From Macrostomum lignano (lineage: Eukaryota): a stretch of DNA of 64,000 nt. The position numbers and the translations under genes are program-made. The notes under the pieces are model-generated. The model was not told the origin of the DNA. It worked only from the letters and a program-made list of their open reading frames with translations, and made no database searches. This document shows positions 63,497 to 64,000 of this stretch, in pieces (within the stretch, counting starts at the first letter, position 1; each line of letters opens with the position of its first letter). The stretch spans positions 1 to 64,000 of the forward strand of contig NIVC01003903.1 of assembly GCA_002269645.1 (NCBI GenBank), in the 5' to 3' direction.

Positions 63497-64000
63497 CGGC
63501 TCAAATGGTGCTTCATGTTGATATTTACCTTTATTTATCTACAAGACTTTTTGAATCTGTCCAATGTACCTATTGCTGCTGATATATTATGTTTAGCAAA
63601 GACTTTCTTGTTTATCTGCTGCCCGTCTTCTAACACCTGCACTATTCCAGTGGGATGTAATTTTCTGCATCAGTGTGTTTCAGTCAATAATATTTTTCCC
63701 GATAAGGACTTGTGTCTTGTTATACTAGATTCTTGCCACCATGAATATAGCTTAATTTGGGATGACTTAAAAGCTGAGTAGGAACTGTTAAAACTGAGTA
63801 AGCACTACTAAGAATTGTATCTGTCGCGGATCATTTTCAAAATATAGATCACTTGAACCAATTGCCATACAATAATTGCTTATTGCTTGCTAGTTGTGTA
63901 TCTTGTTTGATTTTTTGTTGACTGTTGTATAGTTAGAAAAAGGTAAAAATACAAGAAAACATTTTATATGTACTCAAATTTCAATTTTAATGACTTTTAA

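Larger units (their letters stand above)
62710..63552. mobile_element. Palindromic insertion (352-bp arms 62735-63086 and 63191-63542, 104-bp spacer) with 13-bp TSD; Penelope-like/retrozyme-like
   Basis: Arms are near-identical reverse complements. TACAAGACTTTTT is duplicated at about 62697-62709 and 63540-63552. Removing the insertion restores the transposase frame. Confidence 0.8.
61200..63781 (+). pseudogene. CACTA/EnSpm (CMC)-type transposase, 5'-truncated, +1 frameshift at A7 (61480-61486), interrupted by the palindromic insertion
   Basis: LHLSTDG...S.SLWPV...ILNLP...G.KKP, FDLPA...LN.KQFNG.FGC.YC, LDSLH, WKAKDY, NFHLLCHL...FGPL..YSMFSFES. The frame resumes after the insertion (NLQDFL|NLSNVP). 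Confidence 0.8.

Overview
Eukaryotic genomic DNA with GC-rich exons, AT-rich spacers, and a different minisatellite in almost every intron and spacer (roughly a quarter of the window). This pattern suggests a flatworm such as Macrostomum lignano, which is an inference from sequence style only. Left: two minus-strand genes (an unknown protein with an apparent frameshift, and a helical, Gln-rich, tail-anchored protein) plus a Crypton-like relic. 9-33 kb: six co-oriented plus-strand genes (death-domain protein with two tandem IRAK/Pelle-like kinase domains, UPRT, MPG, STX5, METTL1, a small 2-TM protein), arranged like an SL trans-spliced operon. 34-55 kb: three minus-strand genes (SNX5/6, a RING-HC protein, a C6orf89-like protein). 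MPG and SNX5/6 have no usable genomic ATG but start exactly in phase 0 at a splice acceptor, consistent with the flatworm spliced-leader terminal AUG supplying Met1. Mobile DNA includes MITEs, a tRNA-derived SINE, a coding-free LTR element with a GC-rich inverted internal array, and a nested BEN-ORF/BEL/CACTA block. The CACTA transposase is interrupted by a ~0.84-kb near-perfect palindrome with a 13-bp target-site duplication and a hammerhead-ribozyme core in each arm (Penelope/retrozyme-like). All calls were made by eye without database searches; repeat boundaries are approximate.
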